Assembly: GCA_951406725.2 (NCBI GenBank)
Contig: OX597836.1
Location: 25,420,001 to 25,484,000 of the forward strand
Origin: Octopus vulgaris
Lineage: Eukaryota
Direction: 5' to 3'
Length of the DNA: 64,000 nucleotides
Numbering within the stretch: position 1 is the first letter of the stretch; each line of letters opens with the position of its first letter. Positions 56,108 through 64,000 of the stretch are shown piece by piece. The position numbers were made by a program, and so were the translations under genes. The notes beneath the pieces were generated by a model. The model had not been told where the DNA came from and did no database searches. It saw only the letters and a program-made list of their open reading frames with translations.

Positions 56108-56524
56108 GAGTGAGAGAGCAGTTCATGCCATCAAAGTGACACTGGGGTAAAATATGCGAAGCCCAATATACCCATCATGACTACCCGTCTGATAAGGGTA
56201 CACCAGGCACATGCATCACAACCATATGTGCGCGACATGGTGATCTCATATCAAGGTAAACAGCGCATTATTATTATTATTATTAAGGAGGCGAGCTGGT
56301 AGAATCGTTAGCATGCCGGGCGAATTGTTTAGCAGCATTTGGTCAGTCTTTACATTCTGAGTTCAAATATCGCCGAGGTTGACGATGTCTTTCATCCTTT
56401 CAGGGTTGATAAATTAAGTACCAGTGAAACACTGGGGTCAATGTAATCAACTTGTCTCCTTCCCCCAAAAAATATTTCAGGCCTTGTTCCTATAGTAGAA
56501 TAGATTGTTGTTGTTGTTGTTGTT

Positions 56525-56555
<31 letters not shown>

Positions 56556-57044
56556 TTGTTGTTGTTATTGTTGCACCAGTGCAAATTATCAAAATTAGTT
56601 TTACTTGTGTTGTAGCTTGTAGAATTGCAAATTGCATCTTGATGTATTTTTTTTTTTTATTCACTCATTTTTGTCTGTTTGTTATTTAGCATTTTTCATT
56701 TGCAGTTTGTCATTGACAAGACATTACTGCGTTTTCCATTATACAAAAACAAAAAAAAAATCTTATAATTTGTCTGTAAAAACATGATGACGGGCCTCAC
56801 TGGAAGGTGAGAGCAACTGTTTGTTGAGTTCTGGGACTGACGACGTGGTTTCAACAGTTCTTTATGGCATTGAGGCCACAACCTGTGGAGGTGGCTCTTG
56901 TTAACTTCAGCCCATTTCTTTTTCATTTGGTTTCTTTTCTTTCATCTCTCTCTCTTGATGGCTCTAAATTTTCTTAAAGTAGAAATCCCACAAGTGGATT
57001 TTTGCTGCCATATATGCACATACTGGGCATTTCTGCTCTGTGGA

Positions 57045-57429
57045 TGGAAGCACTCCGTCGGTTACGACGACGAGGGTTCCGGTTGATCCGAATCAACGGA
57101 ACAGCCTGCTCATGAAATTAACGTGTAAGTGGCTGAGCACTCCAGAGACACGTGTACCCTTAACGTAGTTCTCGGGGATATTCAGCGTGACACAGAGAGT
57201 GACAAGGCCGGACCTTTGAAATACAGGTACAACAGAAACAGGAAGTAAGAGTGAGAGAAAGTTGTGGTGAAAGAGTACAGCAGGGATCACCACCATCCCC
57301 TGCCGGAGCCTCGTGGAACTTTTAGGTGTTTTCGCTCAATAAACACTCACAACGCCCGGTCTGGGAATCGAAACCGCGATCCTATGACCGCGAGTCTGCT
57401 GCCCTAACCACTGGGCCATTGCGCCTCCA
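57045..57429 (-). mobile_element. tRNA-derived SINE family C
   Basis: Reverse complement of the 34502 element, with an intact GTTTCGATTCCC B-box-like motif. Confidence 0.8.
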
Positions 57430-57814
57430 CATTTCTGCTCTGTACCAATAGTCTTACAGCCTTCATTTAGCACCCACAACAGACCACAATTTGGAATGGC
57501 ACCAGTGGGGGGCTTACTAGACCATATGATCTTGAGAGTCCTTACTCTTACTGACCACATGCCATCTCTCAATACATGAGACCTTCACACTAATTGATAT
57601 TACTTCTCATTGGTGGCAAGAAGCCAGAGATCAATATTAGTTGCTATACTTTTGGCTCAACCATTTGAACTGTGCTCTTCCAAGTACTGAGGCACCAGCT
57701 AATGAACAGTTGTTTCACATGCAATCCCTGCTTGTAACTGGGCCTCTATCCCAAAGAGCAGGCAGACACCGCATTTTCTATATATATAGAATACTGGTGC
57801 AGTTACCTGTAACT

Positions 57815-58212
57815 GCTCTCTTTTACTCTCTTTTACATGTTTCAGTCATTTGACTGTGGCCATGCTGGAGCACCGCCTTTAGTTGAGCAAATCGACCCCG
57901 GGACTTATTCTTTGTAAGCCCAGTACTTATTCTATCGGTCTCTTCTGCCGAACCGCTAAGTGACAGGGACGTAAACACACCAGCATCGGTTGTCAAGCAA
58001 TGCTAGGGGTACAAACACAGACACACAAACACATACGCACACATACATATATACGACAGGCTTCTTTCAGTTTCTGTCTACCAAATCCACTCACAAAGCT
58101 TTGGTTGGCCCGGGGCTATAGCAGAAGACACTTGCCCAAGATGCCACGCAGTGGGACTGAACCCGGAACCATGTGGCTGGTTAGCAAGCTACTTACCACA
58201 CAGCCACTCCTG
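57815..58212 (-). mobile_element. SINE family A copy
   Basis: Reverse complement of the 61631 element. Confidence 0.85.
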
Positions 58213-58522
58213 CTGTCCGAAATTAGTATTTTGAGGGTACAGAAAAGGCACTGCTTCTTTTCGGAAGACAAAGATAAATTAGTTTACACGTTGTCTGCTA
58301 CTGAATGAATTCTTAGCCAGGATGATGGAATCTTCAACAATACAATCTCATGCAAAAGTTCCATTTCTAACTTCATCCATTCTGCTATCATTTCCAAGAT
58401 GGAAGCCCAGAAGTAATTTCAGCTTAACTAACAGAATTGGCCAAGGAGACTACATTCAGGCACATGGTCAGTGAAATTTAATTATGCATAGTTGTTAATG
58501 AAGTAGTAGTATTAGTATTAGT

Positions 58523-58568
<46 letters not shown>

Positions 58569-58796
58569 GTAGTAGTAGTAGTAGTAGTAGTCGTTACTGT
58601 AGCTGTTCTGTTTCTGCAAGTGGGTCTGATGCTGTTGATAAAACCACTTAGAGTTTTTTGTGCCAATATGAAATGTCTGACTGCAAAGCCAGCTCTTTGC
58701 ATGTCATTTTGCATCATGTGCATTGGAACGTCTGTTGACTTTTGCAGGTGTTGAGTGGTGTTAATTAATTCCCTTGACCTTATTGTGAATCTGGTT

Positions 58797-58850
<54 letters not shown>

Positions 58851-59093
58851 AAAGAAAAAAAATTGCAAATATATTCAAATAGAACATTTTAAAGAAAAAC
58901 CCTATGAAATTTACTTGTCATGTCAAATAATTATTATGTAAATAACAGTTATTAAACCAATGTATTGTAGAATAACAATCCAAATACTTGAATACATATA
59001 TGTATACACACACACACACTCACACACATATATGTGTGTGTGTGGTGTATGTAGGTATGTGTTATATATATGTTATACTTATATATTATATAA

Positions 59094-59400
59094 TCTTTAT
59101 ATATAAAATTGAAGTTGTGTGTCTGAGACTCTGTCTCCTCCGATTTAGATTCCTAACTACTCCCACATTTTGCAGTGCAGTTTAACCAAAAGCGGGTATC
59201 TTATAGTCGTCATTCATATCGAGCCCTTCTGGGTATTAGCGCACGTCTATGATGAATCTACGATTTAAAAAAAAATTTACCATAACTTTTCCGCATTTTT
59301 AATGATTTTTGCTCGGGTTATATAAGGGAAGTAACTCTCTAAAGATGCTTATATAGATATTTCCCTTACAAACCCGAGCAACGCTGGGCGATCCTGCTAG
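59094..59400 (+). mobile_element. Non-autonomous Helitron-like element
   Basis: Begins TC after A, ends CTAG before T, with a subterminal hairpin CCCGAGCAACGCTGGG. Confidence 0.7.
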
Positions 59401-59450
<50 letters not shown>

Positions 59451-59486
59451 TTATGTATGTATGTATGTATGTATGTATACATACAC

Positions 59487-59517
<31 letters not shown>

Positions 59518-59718
59518 ATACATATCAGCCGCCATGATCGACTGCTAGCTACTAAAGCATTCTTTTATTCGCTCTCTGTTTATTTTCTCTTATTCGTTTC
59601 TGTTGAAGAGTGTAGACTCGAAATGTAAACGACTTTCTCACTTTTCTGAGCATCAAATTAATACACCTGTTTGTTGTTCATACACCTGTCTTCATCTTTT
59701 GTTTTTTTTGTAAATTGC

Positions 59719-59762
<44 letters not shown>

Positions 59763-59850
59763 GTATGTATATATGTATATATGTATATCACCGTGATCAC
59801 CGTGACCGACCAGGCTATCAGATGTTGCTAAGCGAGCAGGCCAATATATG

Positions 59851-59884
<34 letters not shown>

Positions 59885-60408
59885 TACATATATATATGTA
59901 TATATAACATGTATATATATATAAATTCAAATAAAAGTCATAAACCCCATTAAGGGATAATAAAATCCAATGAAAAACTAATTAGTTACCAATCCATAGA
60001 AAGTTCAACTATAAGGTAACTATATAAACCATGGTTCATATATTCATATATTTAAAGAATTAGAAAATGGAGAGGCAATTTATAAAATATTATTTATTTT
60101 TCATAAAATATGACAACATATATATATATATATAAATATAAGTAACAATGAAGGGTGAAATTAATTAATTTGGAATAATTATCAATTACACCAAGTAGTC
60201 TTCGGCATGTAAAAGCCTCATTCGAGGAAAATTTAAGTAATACTAAGCAATTAAGGGTTTAGCAACGAATTGCCTTACCGCACACCGAATTTAGAAATAG
60301 CAGTCAAAGAGATCTCCCTTTTAGTAGAAGAAATAGCTATAATCTCTTTGACTGCTATTTCTAAATTCGGTGTGCGGTAAGGCAATTCGTTGCTAAACCC
60401 TTAATTCT

Positions 60409-60467
<59 letters not shown>

Positions 60468-61630
60468 ATGATATTAGGGAATACTCTTTAACTTTTATTA
60501 AACTTTTAATACTTTTGATATTTATATATAAAAAATAATTATAAATAAATAAAAAAAAAATTTTTTAAATAATAATAAATAAATAAATTAATAAACAAAA
60601 TAATATATAAATATAAAAATATACATACATATATATATATATATATATATTTGTATATATATATTTAAAATTTATAAGTTTAAATTATATAAATAATTTT
60701 TTAAATTTTTAACTTTAATATTTTAAAATTAATTTTATGTATTGGCTTATGTTTTTCACTGTTTGATTTGCCTAATAGTGGTTTTATCTCTAATTTAATG
60801 TAATATATATATGTATATATATATATATATAAAGCATCCCCAAAACCCTAGAAATAATAAAGATAAAGTTAATAACATTTGGTTTGACATTATAAGAAAC
60901 ATAATTCTTAAATTCTTAGACCTCAACCATATTCCAACAGCTGATATGGGTGTAGACTGTCGTATGCTAATAATACTACTTTGAATTTACACCTTACTAA
61001 AATTAATTGCAAATCATCTTACTATGATTAATACATGTATTTGATATTTTTTATTATATTATATTATATATATTTTAAATTTTATGTCATAAATTAATTT
61101 TCATATATTTTTATTCATCTCATAATCTTATACTTATTTATAGAATTTTGCTTATTAATATTCTCTCATTCTACGATTGGTTTGTTATTATTATTGTTAT
61201 TTTTCCAATTTACCCTTTACTTGCTATTCTACCTCATTCTATTGGAATATCTTATTTTATTTTATTTTTAAATTTATTCGATTATTCTATTTCTAATTAC
61301 TTTTTATTTATCGTTGTAATTCTTACGATATTATTTTCAAAGTTACTATCAATTCCGCTTCTACTACCACCTAAATCCTTTTATTATAACCCCCATTTTT
61401 TATTATAATTTTTAATTATAATCTTTCGCCTTTTTGCTTTCTGATAATTTTATTTTATTCTATGCTTTTCATTGTATACTTTTTTTATCTATCTAATTAT
61501 TGATATGATGACCAATCTTCTTGTTTCATACCCATCTCCTATTGCAGAATCTCAAACTCTCCATCCCTGTTCTATATCTTCCTGGGAATAAAGGGGGCAT
61601 ATGGAAGACTGTTAAATAAATAAATATATA

Positions 61631-62050
61631 GGCGCAGGAGTGGCTGTGTGGTAAGTAGCTTGCTAACCAACCACATGGTTTCGGGTTCAGTCCCACTGCA
61701 TGGCATCTTGGGCAAGTGTCTTCTGCTATAGCCCCGGGCCGACCAATGCCTTGTGAGTGGATTTGGTAGACGGAAACTGAAAGAAGCCTGTCGTATATAT
61801 GTATATATATATTTATATATGTGTGTGTGTGTGTGTATGTGTTTGTTTGTCTGTGTTTGTCCCCCTAGCATTGCTTGACAACCGATGCTGGTGTGTTTAC
61901 GTCCCCGTCACTTAGCGGTTCGGCAAAAGAGAACGATAGAATAAGTACTGGGCTTACAAAGAATAAGCCCCGGGGTCGATTTGCTCGACTAAAGGCGGTG
62001 CTCCAGCATGGCCACAGTCAAAGGACTGAAACAAGTAAAAGAGTAAAGAG
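61631..62050 (+). mobile_element. tRNA-derived SINE family A (full length)
   Basis: Head GGCGCAGGAGTGGCTGTGTGGTAAG (A box) and GGTTCAGTCCC (B-box-like), internal microsatellite, AAAGAGT tail. Other copies: 3530-3915 (+), 7221-7635, 11630-11920, 18000-18200, 24200-24657, 32345-32766, 57815-58212 (all -). Confidence 0.85.
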
Positions 62051-62809
62051 TATATAAATAACTGGGTGACCCTATCTTTTGTTTTGAACCTTAAAACTGC
62101 TTGTTGAATTGAATTAAAAGATAAATTAAATTAACTCTATCTTAATTGTAGGGATGAGATGCTTCACAGTCCAATGCCCCACTACAACGTTCTCTGACTT
62201 CCATCATTGCTATAAATCCTAGGTACACCACACACGACATTGCGTTATCTTCTCCTATAATACTATCCATATGCACTAACAAATTCATTTTGCGACCAGC
62301 AAGGGTCATAGAATCATGAAGGTGCACATGCTATTAGCTTTTGAATGTTGGGGTTTGTGTACTCACCTGATGCAAACGGCTTTTTCTATTGATGTAATGT
62401 CGAGCTTACGATCGTGAGGTTGTGAGCTCGAATCCCGGACTGGGCTGCGTGTTGTGTTCTTGAGCAAAGTACTTTATTTCACGTTGCTCCAGTTCACTCA
62501 GCTGTAGAAATGAGTTGCGACGTCACAGGTGCCAAGCTGTATCAACCTTTGTCTTTCCCTTGGATAACACTGGTGGCATGGAGAGGGGAGGCTGGTATGC
62601 ATGGGCGACTGCTGGTCTTCCATAAACAACCTTGCCCGGACTTGTGTCTAGGAGGGTAACTTTCTAGGTGCAATCCCATGGTCATTCATGACCGAAGGGG
62701 GTCTTTACCCCTTAATGTCTCCATTAATCAATTAAAAACTTGTTGGAAACAGCTGTAGTGAAATGACACAATATCCATCTGTTGTTATTTATTCGTTTAT
62801 AATTCACCT

Positions 62810-63245
62810 CTCTTGGAACCTGCTCCTCGTGTAATCTACCTCAGAGAGCCTCCTGGGTATTTGAGAGAGTTTAAGTCCCTTGTGCGCTTAGTACTTACTG
62901 TTCCTGTGCATCTGCCACACACGAAAGCAACCTTGTCTGATAATCTTCCCATGATTCCACTGCATCTCTTATGCATCCATAGCTTACACTTGGTGCAACG
63001 AAAGGAATTACATCCCACTCCTTTCTTACATATTGAAGAGGACCATTTGCCAGCCAGAATGAGAGTCTTATCTCCTTTCTCACTAACAACAACTTTAATC
63101 TTAGCTAAATTAACTTTAATACCCTTCGATTTCAGGTTTTGCTTCCAAATCTGGAACTTCTCCAATTCTGCTTCAGATCTACAATAAGAGCAAGATCATC
63201 AGCATATTGTAGTTCCCATGGGCATCCAGTTTTGTATTCATCTAT
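62810..63245 (-). mobile_element. RTE LINE fragment (same family as 42-44 kb)
   Basis: EKFQIWKQNLKSKGIKVNLAKIKV...CKKGVGCNSFRCTKCKLWMHKRCSG; upstream CPWELQYADDL. Confidence 0.8.
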
Positions 63246-64000
63246 TTGACCTGTTATATATTTGTGTGGTCTCATGTTTGTGTTTGTTCATTAGTTAAGC
63301 TTTTCGTGTCTATTACTTATTGTATTTGTTATTTTTGAGGTGTGGTGCTAGTATTTCTTGCAATTATAAGTGGAGGAGGTTTTTTTAATTTCCTTATAGT
63401 TTCTTCCAAAGTTGGTAGTGGGCATTTCTTTATTTTTTTGTTTCTTTTATTTTTTATTTATTCCTTTACTTTTGTTTCTTTCCCCACCTTTTCTAATGGG
63501 GGGGAAAGGCTTTTTTTAACTGAATGATTTTTCTTTAAAACAATATTTTGAAAAAGTAATTAAAGCCATGTGTATTAGCTATATTTCTAATGAATGGGAC
63601 TTTTTATGGGGGTGTTTTGTGAAAAAATCTCTTCTTTGTAGGAATTTGTTATGGAAAAATAACTGTGTGTGTGTGTGTGTGGTAGTTTGTATGTTTTTAG
63701 AATTTTGATTACTGACATCTCTTCCACCCTTTAACATTAAAACCGGGCAAATCCAGCCCACACATATTCAACCTGTTTTATGTTCAAACTGGCCAGATCT
63801 CGCCTCTTGCACTCATCCTGCAATATCATTCAAAAATTAAGAAAATCTCATCTTCAAAATCTCAAAACTACGAGATAATACAGGATTAATTTTATAAAAT
63901 GTGAAAATATAAGCATGACTCTTGACAAAGTAGTCTGAATGATAAAGGGTTGAGGAAATGTGTGTTTATGCATGTCCAGAAAATTTGCTGTGAATATTTT

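Noticed and set aside
53280-58770. Candidate exon 10 acceptors (53284, 56704, 58748)
   Set aside because: The required phase-2 frames close quickly or give no TPR-like sequence, and they overlap degraded repeats.
60420-61500. Extremely AT-rich stretch with a hydrophobic ORF (NUMT-like)
   Set aside because: No recognisable mitochondrial protein motif; it looks like low-quality or low-complexity sequence.

Overview
AT-rich eukaryotic (animal) genomic DNA, saturated with microsatellites and transposons. The tRNA-derived SINE families look like those I recall from octopus (coleoid cephalopod) genomes; this is inference, not a database match. Nearly all ORFs in the supplied track are microsatellite artefacts. 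One real multi-exon gene can be assembled by hand on the + strand. It has 9 exons (8541-50541) with GT-AG sites and compatible phases at all 8 junctions, and encodes about 645 aa: a divergent NB-ARC/STAND NTPase followed by TPR-like helical repeats, apparently with no N-terminal effector domain. Its introns and upstream region hold a 5'-truncated Neptune-type Penelope-like element (PLE) with a 1.36 kb inverted arm and many short fold-back PLE-like stubs inside (TA)n tracts. Several of these carry hammerhead-ribozyme motifs: one canonical, others with U3-A8 or U4C core variants. Also present are an R4/Dong-type element in (TAA)n, RTE, CRE-like and Gypsy fragments, a Chapaev-like transposase relic, Merlin-, piggyBac- and Helitron-like non-autonomous elements, and many SINEs.
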